A DNA stretch of 63,821 nt, the filler included, from Octopus bimaculoides (taxonomy: Eukaryota): assembly GCF_001194135.2 (NCBI RefSeq). It is 7 parts of 6 records of this genome, joined end to end, with 100 filler letters (N's around TTAATTAATTAA, not from the genome) between each part and the next. Parts side by side here need not be neighbours in the genome. Positions count along the whole stretch, not along the records: positions 36,302 to 47,564 come from NC_068985.1; positions 47,665 to 53,042 come from NC_069003.1; 5 more parts are not named here. One strand, given 5' to 3'. Shown piece after piece: positions 37,685-49,566 of this stretch; positions within the stretch are counted from its first letter, which is position 1; the number at the start of each line of letters is the position of its first letter. A model generated the notes under the pieces. That model worked only from the letters and a program-made list of their open reading frames with translations, was not told the origin of the DNA and made no database searches. Made by a program: the position numbers and the translations under genes.

Positions 37685-40505
37685 CTAAACCAAGATGTAC
37701 TCAACAACTAAACCATAGTTACTTCGGTACTATGAAAAAGCCCGAGATAACCCTTCAATCGGATAGAAGAAGTGGTTAAAACATTACTGGGGCGAAGCTC
37801 ATCTCAACTTAAATACCGTCACGACGAAACAGTTCCGATAACAAGCATCTTTGTAAGAAACAAATCAACTGGTCCTCGATCCTCCCAAAACACTGAGAAT
37901 GGGCCAAAATCTGCTAGAAGCGGCGTAAAAAATAATGTAAAGAAACCACCGCTCCCGTCATCGCAAAATTCGAGTGTGTCTCCAAATTCAGCTCAGTAGC
38001 GAAGACTGCGGAATACATCCAACTCAAAGACATTTTAAAATTACAATTCGCAAAACATTTTGCTACTTTCTCGAAGCTTTCGTTGAGCAACAGACCATTC
38101 CCAACAAGAGTGAGAACAAGTCCGACCGATCTACTGTTTAAAGTTATCAAAGATTTCTCTGGAGAACATATCGAATCATGTGATGTTAATTACTGGAATA
38201 AAAATACTCTTATATACACAGCCGCTAATACTCTTAAAGAACACCTAGGAGAAATCTACAGTGAACAAAGTAACGAAATTACTAAATGGAAACAACCTAG
38301 ATGGAAAACAAAATTTGAAGAAAACATCAACAACGCGCGCCGTCATATCAGATGGTTAACTACAACAATAAAATGTAAGGAAAAAAATGACTTCACACCT
38401 CACCAACTCTACCTTAACTCTTCACACCGAGCTCTTGAGGGAAAGCTAATCACTTTAAAACATGAACTCAGGACGATGAGTGAGAAACTCCGCTATCGCA
38501 TGCAAATTTTTGACCAAGCCAGTATCAATCGCATGTTTGCTTCCAATCAGGTCCGTCGCGTGATTTTTAGAGGCCCCCGGCAACTTTTTGTTTCGAGGCC
38601 CCCATCTCTTCAATCAAAATTCATAATCTACACACTTTTCATTCATAGCTATATTTTACTTTATTCTGTCTGAAGTTCAATATTTCACGTTATCCTAGAA
38701 CATCTTTTAAAGTACAAGTTAAATTTATTTAGGCCTATTACAAATTTCGATAAGTAAAACTTTCAGATATGAATAAAAGAGCACTTTTATCATTCAGGCA
38801 ACTTTCAAAGTCAAACATGGCGCACTTTTCGCTTCGCGAAATCACCTATTAGTCCAGAATAATCAAGCTGAGAGCTAAGCGCGTGTTCAATAGATATCAT
38901 AGGCAATCCACAAAGTCTGGTACACGTTCATGGTACAATGTAATATTTTCACTAGAACTTTTGCAGGTACAATGTATTACCATTTTATTTCTTGAAATTT
39001 TCAGTTAACATAGATAGTTTAATTCTTGTTGAACATCTTAACCAAAGTAAATAGATGACTCATCCACGCACTTTGATCTTAACATGGGGCCCCTCAGACG
39101 CGGAAGCCCCTGCGACCGTAGGGGGTTGCAGGGGACTAGAGACGGCCCTGCTTTTCATCCACAAGCATTATGCAGAGAAAAGAGGAAGGAAAACATTACC
39201 ATTAAGAAGGCTCTATCTCAAGAAGATCTACAATCACTTTCGTCAAAATGTGGAACGAAAACATGGATTTCAACCTGAATGCATCATGGTTAAATACAAT
39301 TGAGAGAGAATACTGTACTAAAACTAACAGTAAAACACAAAATTGATGCAGAAACCTTCGCTATAGCAGTAGGCAAACTGCAGAATGGGAAGGCACCTAG
39401 ATGGGACCTAATAATTGGATATTGGTACAAGAAGCTGACATAATATAGAAACCAGTTGATATGCATGTTGAAAAGGATTATGGAAGGTCAGACTGATATA
39501 CCAAATTAGTTTGCTACAGCAAGGACAAATCTTGTTGCCAAAAATGAAATCATCGAGATGGTAGGAAACTACAGGCCCATTGCTTGCCTAAACATTATGT
39601 ATAAACTGTACACAAGCCTCAACCAATTCCTTCAGGACCATTGTGAGTCGAACAACTGATGAACAGGCTGGTGGAAAGAAGGGAATGTGGGGTTGTGCGG
39701 AACAACTTTTAATAAACAAAACTATACAATCTGAAGTAAGAAAACAATGTAGAAACCATGTGACAGTTCGACTCTATTCCTCATTCATGGCTGATTAAGT
39801 GCTTACATCTGGCAAAAGTACCTACTATCTTAATTGCAGCTATAGAGAGACTCACAAAGATATGGACAACAATTCCTACCCTTACAACTGAGAAGAGAAT
39901 AATTGTTTCTGATAGTATAGACATTACAAAGGGAATATTCCAGAGAGATAGTCTTTCTGTACTTTTTTTCATTTTGGTACTGAATCCATTATTGTTCCTA
40001 CTGCAGAAAACAAATGGTTACATGCTAGGACCTTCAACTTCTAAAAATATCAATGTAGCTCATGCCAAAAAACAACTGGAATTAACATTTTCAGCTGATA
40101 TACGCATAGAATATGGCCAAAAGAAATGTTCATTTTTGGTTATAGAACGGGGAAAGTCAGTCCCCCAAACCCAAGATCTGTGCATCAACGGTCTCTCTAT
40201 CTCCCCTATTCCACACAAAAAATTTTACAAGTACTTAGTCATAGACAAAAATGTATCATATGAAGGCACTGTGAATAAAGATAGAATGACCCGAGAACAT
40301 TACACCAGACTTAGGAAAATATGGCAGTCGGAACTCTTCTCTCACAACAAATCAATATCCCTCAATACATTTTCAGTATCAATGCTGATCCCAACATTTG
40401 GGATACATGATTGGTCTGTAGAGGAAATCCATTCTATAGACATGAAAACCCGCAAAATCCTGACAACAACTGGGAAATTCAACAGAAACAGTTCTACGAT
40501 AAATA
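37685..40505 (+). mobile_element. Long decayed R4/Dong-like non-LTR retrotransposon (N-terminal region + RT), interrupted by a MITE
   Basis: YEKARDNPSIG.., PRWKTKFE.., DLIIGYWYKKL, NYRPIACLNIMYKLYTS, EQAGGKKGMWGCAEQLLINK, GIFQRDSLSVLFF, YGQKKC, KKFYKYL. 3' RLE region absent. Confidence 0.9.
38548..39150. mobile_element. hAT-type MITE (603 bp) with 12-bp TIRs and 8-bp TSD
   Basis: CAGGTCCGTCGC / GAGACGGCCCTG. TSD cttccaat/cttttcat. Removing it restores the host frame FASNPQALC. Confidence 0.85.
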
Positions 40506-41065
40506 CACACACGAGGAATGTAATGAACATTTTAAAGAATAGGCTTACCTTCAAGATGGAATATGAAGGCAGTTAATACATACCCCAATATCAATCGATT
40601 TCATGCTGTGCATGAGAAACATGCTTTGCAATGCTCAGTTGGAGACAGTATTTGACATCTATTTCTAAAATATTCATTACGTCAACTCGTGTGCGTTTCT
40701 AACTTTAAACGTCCCGCCCCGTTTAAAGAGAACTGATGGTTTTTTTGAAGCTTTCACTTTGATTTTTAGCAAGGGGTATCTTTACCCTTCTTTTCTTCAA
40801 ATATATTATATATATACATATATACAATACAATTAAGATTCAGTTGAATTAGGTACTGAAATTGAGGCACTTTGTTAGGTCGGAGATACATGCACACCCA
40901 AACAATATTAAGTGAATATCAGACTCGGTGCAGAAGTGCTAGCGCTTGATATTCTTGTAGTGTATGCAGATAATACGACCCAGCTTAGTGAAGAGATCCG
41001 CTCTTGGCTATTCAGACATTTAATTTATATTAAAATACTTTCTATAATATTTCCGAACCGCAGAT

Positions 41066-41390
41066 TACAGGATGGGTGAATAAAATCTGAATTAGTAACA
41101 AAGAGGTACAGGTGTCATTTCATTACGGTCATTTTAAACGATTGCTTTAATTGATTAATGAAAACATTACATCATTGCAAAGAAACCGTTTTTGTCAGAT
41201 GACTGCATGAACTTCAAACATAAAGGAAAATTCAACTGATTTAACATAGTCACACTCCCCGGAGCCAAAATATTTATTTTGATTCTGCTGCTATTCAGTT
41301 GACAATGATGTAAAGTTTTCATTAATCAATTAAAGGAGTCGCTTGAAACGGTCGTAATGAATTGACTCCTGTACCTCTTTGTTGCTAATT
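41066..41390. mobile_element. MITE with 88-bp inverted arms (Tc1/mariner-like TA-CAG start)
   Basis: Arms 41090-41177 and 41303-41390 are strongly complementary by eye. Left terminus TACAGGATGGGTGAATAAAATCTG. Right terminus runs into (TA)n and a gap. Confidence 0.75.
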
Positions 41391-42280
41391 TATATATATA
41401 TANNNNNNNNNNNNNNNNNNNNNNNNNNNNNNNNNNNNNNNNNNNNNNNNNNNNNNNNNNNNNNNNNNNNNNNNNNNNNNNNNNNNNNNNNNNNNNNNNN
41501 NNNNNNNNNNNNNNNNNNNNNNNNNNNNNNNNNNNNNNNNNNNNNNNNNNNNNNNNNNNNNNNNNNNNNNNNNNNNNNNNNNNNNNNNNNNNNNNNNNNN
41601 NNNNNNNNNNNNNNNNNNNNNNNNNNNNNNNNNNNNNNNNNNNNNNNNNNNNNNNNNNNNNNNNNNNNNNNNNNNNNNNNNNNNNNNNNNNNNNNNNNNN
41701 NNNNNNNNNNNNNNNNNNNNNNNNNNNNNNNNNNNNNNNNNNNNNNNNNNNNNNNNNNNNNNNNNNNNNNNNNNNNNNNNNNNNNNNNNNNNNNNNNNNN
41801 NNNNNNNNNNNNNNNNNNNNNNNNNNNNNNNNNNNNNNNNNNNNNNNNNNNNNNNNNNNNNNNNNNNNNNNNNNNNNNNNNNNNNNNNNNNNNNNNNNNN
41901 NNNNNNNNNNNNNNNNNNNNNNNNNNNNNNNNNNNNNNNNNNNNNNNNNNNNNNNNNNNNNNNNNNNNNNNNNNNNNNNNNNNNNNNNNNNNNNNNNNNN
42001 NNNNNNNNNNNNNNNNNNNNNNNNNNNNNNNNNNNNNNNNNNNNNNNNNNNNNNNNNNNNNNNNNNNNNNNNNNNNNNNNNNNNNNNNNNNNNNNNNNNN
42101 NNNNNNNNNNNNNNNNNNNNNNNNNNNNNNNNNNNNNNNNNNNNNNNNNNNNNNNNNNNNNNNNNNNNNNNNNNNNNNNNNNNNNNNNNNNNNNNNNNNN
42201 NNNNNNNNNNNNNNNNNNNNNNNNNNNNNNNNNNNNNNNNNNNNNNNNNNNNNNNNNNNNNNNNNNNNNNNCAGCTAAGA

Positions 42281-42318
42281 ACATCTGAAGAAGGAATTCT
42301 AATTCCGAAATATCATCG
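42281..42318 (+). ncRNA. Hammerhead-like motif with weak helix I
   Basis: CTGAAGA-A-GGAAT-TCTA-ATTCC-GAAA-TAT-C (AUC at 42314). Only 2 bp of helix I. Confidence 0.45.
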
Positions 42319-43059
42319 GACTACAGTTTACGAAGTTACAACAGGTATACAGTCCATTTTTTGTTCTATATTGCATTGTTATACCTTCCTAAACTTTTTA
42401 TTCTTTACAAACAATACACAATGCTTCAAGCGAACTACAATATTCTCCTATATATATATATATATATGAAATAAAAGCAGAAAAGCAGAAATTTCACATA
42501 CAATTCATTCTTAACTGAGTTCAACAGTTGTTTCATTAACATAAACATCGTTAAATGCATAATTATATAATGGTGACATATAAGTAGTTAATTTGTATCA
42601 AGTTAATTTAAAAGCTGTGCTTACTCAAATCATCAGAAATATTATGTTCAGCTTTTAAACCAATTTAAGTTAAATCTATTTAATTATGTCTCGTAATCAT
42701 ACAATTATGTATTTAATGATGTTTATGCTAATGAAATAGTTGAACACATTTAAAGCACGAAATAAATGTGAATCTTCTTTTTTGTCTTTACTCAAAACAT
42801 GTTGGTCTTAAAAATCGTTTTAGCCGATTATGTACATACATGGAAGTCGGTCTCACCTGGATTTACTACAATTTAATGATCTGTTATTAACGACTTATTT
42901 AACAGCCTGTTATTAATTGAGCTCTTAATCACTGTGGATATAATTTTGACGTTTATGCATCAATTCACATATGTCTGTGTATGTGTGTGTGTTTGTGTCT
43001 GAGTATGCGTGTGCGTACGCACGCGCGCGTAGGTGTGTACAAGCCTGATAGTGCATCTA

Positions 43060-44110
43060 TCATTGATGTTGGTTTTCATGTATGGTGAGCTCTATTTTTT
43101 TAAGAATGTAGGATGTGTGATTTTAGGAGAAATTTGTTTGATTATTTCTAGCTTGAGCAGACCCAACACGTAAGCCTTCATTTTTTTTAATTTTTAAGGT
43201 GGCAAAATGGAATTCGGGGGATTTCTTGCAGTATTATTGTGGGTGTATCTAAAGCAAGTAGGCTACGTTAGTGGTTGCAGTTTAACCTCGGGTTATGTCT
43301 GATGGGGCTGATCTGTGATAGAATTCGTTCAAGCCTTGATCATCCAATCGTTTGTATATCAGGGGCTACATTGTCCAATGTGGCCGTCATTGTTTTAAGA
43401 TAGTATGGTATGTGATTTGAAGGTTTGACTGCTGCTTCTAGCAGCCTGGACAACCAATGGTTCTGTCATTGGTTACCTTGACAATGTCCCTTTGTTGCTG
43501 TTTAGATCCAAGTTTAGCATGATGGAGAAAATCTATGATAAAAGGGTGTTCTGTCTGTAACTATCTTGTGTTCTTCTATATCAGGGACTACATTGCTCAG
43601 TATCTCCTTCCTTTCTTAAGGACTGTAATATGTGATTTGGTGGAATATTTTGTATATCATGATCTTTTTTTAAGACGGTAATATTGGTGTTGTTGACAGC
43701 TTTCCGTCATTTTTTGTGTTAATCAAGGACGGCACAACGTATCCTTGCTTTTTAAAGACTATATTATATATAGTTTGGAGGAAATTTGGCTAGTCATTTC
43801 TAGCTTACCCTAATGGGCCTTTTCACATGAAGTTGATAGTGTAAGATTCGTGGGAATTTTAACTGTTACTTTTATTAGGTTAATCTATCACGTAGAAGTT
43901 TTTCAGCTCCAAATTAGCTCTGACCTACGATAACTGGCGTTCAAACTGTAACCATCCTGTCTTTTTGCATATCAAGAACTATTGTCCATTGTGCTCTTCC
44001 TTTCTAAAACTACTGGGTGTGTGATTTGAGGGTATTTTGGATGCTATATCCAGAACTTTGAACGGTTGCTCAGAGGTTCTTGGTTAATGCGTTGACTCAT
44101 AATAAGGTGA
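43060..44110 (-). repeat. Cluster of about 5 same-orientation degenerate retroposon 3'-tail fragments
   Basis: Recurrent motifs tatcag(g)gactacatt.., gtgtgattt(g/t)a(g)gg.g.aatttg..gct.tttctagc. Related pieces at ~6960-7015 (plus strand) and ~17120-17180. Confidence 0.55.
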
Positions 44111-44737
44111 CTGATAAGTGTTTATATACATAGTATATGAGTTCATATTCGTGAATCTCGAAAACGCTGAGTTAGGTTACCCACTAACATATGTTATTCC
44201 ATAAATATTTTGTCCAGTGAAGTTATTTTTATTTATGCAGTTCTTTGTTAGAAATATTCAATTGCATTATAAATTCTGTTACTAGTAGATACAGTAGGAA
44301 TTATTGCTAAAGTGGATGTTTACCCACATTGGTATTTATAGGGTAATATCTCTCTCACAAGCACATTACTCCTCTGAGTCTAGGTCAGTTTATTCACTAA
44401 TTGATAAGAAAGTAATTATGAATTTTCCCATGTCATCAAGAAACTTCTCGTACAGCCAAAGCTATAACATTCTTAATTAGATTTAAGCGCTTTTTGTATT
44501 TAGCTTAAATCTTTCAGGTTTACCGTGAATTTGATAAATATGGTGATAATGATATACCGATCGAACTACAATGACATGCTATTTGAACACTATATTTAAC
44601 TTTTTAAAGCTATTTCTACAGATTTTCTGTAGAAATTATACCCATTATACCCACTAGTGAAAGTTAACAACGTTTTGTATACGAATACATCTATGTAAAC
44701 AATGCGATCGAAGCTAGAAAAATAGACAATGGCTGTA

Positions 44738-44776
44738 AATGTATATTTCAGGAATTCTTGCTCCTTCTTCAGCACC
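44738..44776 (-). ncRNA. Minimal type I hammerhead-like motif
   Basis: Minus strand GGTG-CTGAAGA-AGGAG-CAAGAA-TTCCT-GAAA-TAT-A-CATT. AUA site at 44742. Confidence 0.5.
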
Positions 44777-46129
44777 ACATCCAACCCATTAACCATCCAG
44801 GAACACATTGCTTAAATAACAATCAAATATAGCAGTGTAACACAACTGGACATACCAATATTACATAATAAATATATTCCTGGCAACTGGTGCGTATATA
44901 TCAATTGCTAGTAGGGACACTGTATTTCGTTATACAACGAACTATATTAAAGACGTAATTTAATTTCAGTTTGTATTCTATTTCTGAATTTTAGGTAGTA
45001 ATATTCATATATATGTTTGAAATTAGATCTAAGTTCGTTCAACTATTCATGCTTTTTTGTTATTTCACAGATTTCTAATGATCAGTTTTAGTGGATTTAC
45101 GCATGCTTGTTATATGCTCAGTTATAGCACTTGCACATACTGCATTATTATTCCATACCGTAAGCCACTTAAGCCAATTTTGCCAATTTTTTTACTCTTT
45201 GCTATAATCAGTATTCTTCTTACCCATACTGCACTGCTTTTTAGGTAGAAGGGGCACGGTGCTACTATAATGAGGGAAAGTTGCTTTTTTCCTAATTAAA
45301 GCACACCATTTACTGAACACTCATTAGTAGAACTTTTTTAAAAAGAAAACCAAATAAATAACTCCTCCAATATCTTCTTCTTTTTTCGATTGTAACCACC
45401 GCAAATTTAAAATGGCGGAATCAAAAGCTGTAGCAAAGTCTAAAAAAGCTAAGGAAAATTTATTTTAGAAAATAAAACCTTTGTGCTTGCGTGATTTTAA
45501 GTTTTTACTTTAATTTAGTATAAAAAATTCTATCCGTTTCAAACTAATATAACTCCCATAATGTTAGATAATGTTGGATTTTGCTAAAATTTGCAAAATA
45601 TTTAGATTATGAATACATGTTGCTATATTTATAGCGACAATAATAACAACCTCCATCGGAGCGTATTTTTCAAAACGCACGAATGCGAAGCGTCTAAAAG
45701 TACAAAAGTTAACATTTTTGTTATATCGAAAATCTCTATACATTAAATTATGTACTTAGCGCAGAGAATAACATTTTTTTAGCTTTAGAAATAGCGGTGA
45801 ACTGTACTGTAACTCCATGGGTGCCTGTTGATAGTTAATACGATTAGGCTGTTTCTTGAATTATGTCAGGTTTTAAGATTTGCTCACTTTCATTCATCGA
45901 TTATGCTTGAAAACTATCTTTCACAAAATCACAAAACTATTTTTCACAAAACACAATGCATATTTTAGAAATTGGAAAAGAAAAATGAAAATCAGATGCG
46001 CCAAACATTATTATTATAATTCTTGGTTAACACAGCAACTTTTCCGGAAAATGTAACTGTGTCAGTTGCCAGTGGACTCAGGTCACATTTATCATTCAGA
46101 TTTCGAGAACTGTGGTTTTGTGCAGTTCT

Positions 46130-47230
46130 AAAGAGCGCCGTTTTCTGTAGATGTTTTATCTCCACATTTCCTCCTATCTTTTCATTTCAACAACACGTGA
46201 AACACTCACCGTCTCCAATGAACACAGTCGTTTTATCTTCCACTTCAAATCATCATATCTGAGCTTCTTTTTTTCTTCTCTTTTGCCAGAACATGTAAAA
46301 TCTATGATTACAGAGATTTTACTTTATTCACAACCATTATATACACCTTTTCATGTTTAATTTTATGATCTCATTGGATCATTAAATCCTGCAGTATAAT
46401 TGCCATGTCATTCTAAATTACTCCTGGGCTTTGCCCATGCTATGTCTTTGCTCTATCCAGTCTATACTTGCCACATATCTCTCAATGAATCATTCTTGCG
46501 ATATTACCGTATCTTCTTTTTGGTTAAGTTTCATGTATTCATTTACAATATGCTATACAGTCTCACCTTCATCATCATACAACCTGCATTTATCATTTTC
46601 AGTTGTATTGTCATACCTGCATTTGGTGTAATTAGTCCCGTGTGCTTGTTCCTGTGCAGCACAGATAAACGTTTCTGTCTTTGGTCTCAAGTGCTACTTC
46701 CTTAGCCAGAGTCACATTCCATGGGTGTCTGTATGTTCTGACTATACTCAATATAGCAAAGGTTACATCGCACTCTTGATATACCAACCCAAGCTATTTT
46801 CCTCCGAGCATATACAACTTTCACAACTAGTTAATCCTCGCCCACTTTTGTTCCTGGTTGGCTCCAGCTTGTCAATATGTCTCTAGGGATGGAATGCTCC
46901 GTGCATCGGGAATTGTTTTCTCGATTTTCAGTTCAGTCTCTGTGACTCATCTTTCCTCCAGTTTATAATACCTGCAACATACCTCAGAAATGCAATCACC
47001 CATATATTGAATGCGAAAGACTTACTTATTCCATTCACTTTTGACCACAATACCAGTCTAAGTCTTCAGAGATAACCTTGCATAAAGCTTTCCTTCATTT
47101 CTTTTTCCGTCACTTCATTCACTTCCAATATGCCCAATTACATATTATACTCTGTGTCAAGTATTGTTTTCATGATTTCTCCTGAACTCTCTCGTCAAAA
47201 AATTGTTCCTCAGATTTCATTTTCATCCTT
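46130..47230 (-). mobile_element. Decayed R4/Dong-like fragment (thumb, zinc knuckle, RLE)
   Basis: Minus-strand pieces FHP..HIDKL..RNKSGRGL, TETFICAAQEQA..TNY, CRLYDDEGETV*HI, DLMIQ*DHKIK. Confidence 0.7.
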
Positions 47231-47269
47231 TCTAAAGAAATTAACTATCTTCACCAAAGAACTGACTTG

Positions 47270-47385
47270 AGCTTCTGTCTTTGCCGTTCATTCTTTCAGG
47301 GCCGATAAAAAACAAACTACCAGCCAAGTACTGAGGTCGATTACATCGACTCTTCTCTCTCAAAATTTCTGGATTTGTACTAAAA

Positions 47386-47390
<5 letters not shown>
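47270..47390 (+). mobile_element. SINE family B 3' part
   Basis: ctttgccgttcattctttcagggccgataaa..aagtactgaggtcgattacatcgact. Confidence 0.6.
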
Positions 47391-47423
<33 letters not shown>

Positions 47424-47463
47424 GTTGTTGTTGTTGTTGTTGTTGTTGTCGTCGTCGTCGTCG

Positions 47464-47519
<56 letters not shown>

Positions 47520-47680
47520 ATTATTATTATTATTATTATTCTATGTTTGGCTTTTGCTTTGCATNNNNNNNNNNNNNNNNNNNNNNNNNNNNNNNNNNNN
47601 NNNNNNNNTTAATTAATTAANNNNNNNNNNNNNNNNNNNNNNNNNNNNNNNNNNNNNNNNNNNNTTATAGCAGCTCAGCG

Positions 47681-47713
47681 GGCTGCGTGTTCGAATCACG
47701 TCGGGGGTCACCA
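47681..47713 (-). other. Primer-binding site complementary to the tRNA-Trp 3' end including CCA
   Basis: Plus strand GGCTGCGTGTTCGAATCACGTCGGGGGTCACCA matches the eukaryotic tRNA-Trp 3' end + CCA as recalled, with one extra G. Confidence 0.8.
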
Positions 47714-48065
47714 GTATAGGAAAGTGGGTTATCCATCATTAAATGTATACCTGACTTTCCTATATAAAATTAAGAAATATAACGGAACGCTGAACTCCAG
47801 ACTATCAACTTAAACAACATTTATTCAGGTGGTAAATATATACATCTTTAGCTCTTGTTGACAGTTGTTACAGCTTCTGTGTGTGTGAGCATGGTTGTTG
47901 GGACGTTTGTATGTAGATGTAAGCGAGCTGTCGAGCGTAAGTTCGAAAGATGGTGAGAGACAGCTAAACACGTCCATGCTCTATTGCTGGCCAGCAAGAA
48001 AGAGATAGAATAGAAGCGGGAACGCTTGGTTGTTTAATTCCACGCATGCGCACGGCGTTACTACA
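47714..48065 (-). mobile_element. 5' LTR of a Gypsy-type retrotransposon (tRNA-Trp primed)
   Basis: Minus strand starts TGTAGTAAC, contains AATAAA (~47820) and is immediately followed by the PBS TGGTGACCCCCGACGTGAT. Internal region lost at the spacer. Confidence 0.65.
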
Positions 48066-48245
48066 CATATATGTGCATACATACATATGTATGTATGTTT
48101 TATAATTATACGCCATGTATGTATATTTCTATACAACTTGTTTAGAATAAATATGATTTTTTTTAATGTATTCATAAAACCAGCGGAAACTAAATAGGGA
48201 TCTGAATAAATACATGGATTGAATGTTCATAATATTTATTATTAG

Positions 48246-48440
48246 TAAGGTGGTGAGCTGGCAGAAACGTTAGCGGTATTTCGTCTATCTTTATGTTCTG
48301 GGTTCAAATTCCGCCGAGATCGACTTTGCCTTTCATCCTTTCGGGGTCGATAAATTAAGTACCAGTTGCGTACTGGGGTCGATTTAACCGACTGGCTCCT
48401 CCCCCAAAATTTCGGGCCTGTGCCTAGAGTAGAAAAGAAT
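48246..48440 (+). mobile_element. SINE family B, well preserved
   Basis: aaggtggtgagctggcagaaacgttagc..gttcaaattccgccgagatcgactttgcctttcatcctttcggggtcgataaattaagtaccagttgcgtactggggtcgat. Confidence 0.9.
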
Positions 48441-48671
48441 ATTTATTATTAGCTGTAGCTTTGAAATTTTCCCAAGTAGGTAGGTAGCTTTTGTAAATAG
48501 CTAAATTAAGCCATAAAATTTTGTAGCTGGAGATGGCCGATTCGATCGAACCCAGTACTTATGTATTTATTAGATAGACAGACTGACAGAAAGAGGGATT
48601 GATGGATAGGTAGATAGACAGACAGCTCAATAGATAGACATATACATAGATTGAGTGACAGGCAGAAAGAG

Positions 48672-48703
<32 letters not shown>

Positions 48704-49213
48704 CAATTAATTGGTTGAATGATTGATTGATCGAAAAGACGGCTACAGTAAGTTGCTTCAGTGACTGGAGTATTGTAATGAAGTATTAAGAGATTTCCAT
48801 AAAATTGCTGTTTCGGAAGCTTCTCAAAGATTCTGAAAAACCAGTTTATTTTAAGAACTGCAATGAGATAAATGACACAGCGCCGAATATTAAGTTTTTG
48901 GTATTGCTTGTGTTTTATTTCTTTAAGTCTACTTAAATTACAACGGGTAAAGGACAAAAACATTTGATGTTTTTATATAATGTGACTAGGGTATTGTTAG
49001 TGTGAAATGTGACGATGACGAAGTTTTGGTGAAAACAAATGAAAATGAAAAAAATCGTTATTTGCATCAGGTACAGTGAAATCTGAAACAATGATTTGCA
49101 TGTTACGTTTCGGGAGATTCGAACGTAGATATGCTAGTCACTTTTGTGTGCGTCACAGGTGAACAACTTCTTTTACGATGGCAATGTGTTCATAACATAC
49201 TTGGCGCAAGAGA

Positions 49214-49259
49214 TTCTGGGACACCGATATTTTGACATATTGTGTCTCGTCAGTCAGAA
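49214..49259 (-). ncRNA. Type I hammerhead-like motif, unit 1
   Basis: TTCTG-A-CTGACGA-GACA-CAATA-TGTC-AAAA-TATCGGT-GTC-CCAGAA. G12>A. GUC at 49220. Confidence 0.6.
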
Positions 49260-49526
49260 GTAACCCGACCTTTGAGCCTAAACAAGCCAGTGGCTTTGTT
49301 TATAATTTCGGTGATCAAACTGTTTTGCTGATCAATCCTGATAACTACCGGCCAATAAAAGATGGTTATTTGTATTGTGTACAACGTGATCTAAAACAAT
49401 GATTTGCGTTTCGGCAAATTCGAGCGTAGATATGCTGGTGGCTGTTGTGTGCGTGATAGGAGAACAACTTCTCCCTTTTACGACAACAATGTGTTCATAA
49501 CACACTCAGCTCAATGGCGAAAGGGA

Positions 49527-49566
49527 TTTGGGGACAACGATATTTCGACATATGAATCGTCAGACC
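49527..49566 (-). ncRNA. Type I hammerhead-like motif, unit 2 (helix I/II damaged)
   Basis: CTGACGA-TTCATA-TGTC-GAAA-TATCGTT-GTC. GUC at 49533. Confidence 0.5.

Noticed and set aside
40703-40728. 9-bp hairpin as a Helitron 3' end
   Set aside because: No matching 5' TC end or family evidence, and the spacing to CTRR is atypical.
45408-45470. YY1-like AAAATGGCGG / MAESKAVAKSKKAKENLF* start
   Set aside because: Stops after 18 codons with no GT donor. The motif alone is insufficient.
47671-47713. tRNA-Trp gene
   Set aside because: Only the 3' half is present, with encoded CCA and next to an LTR-like sequence. Treated as a PBS.
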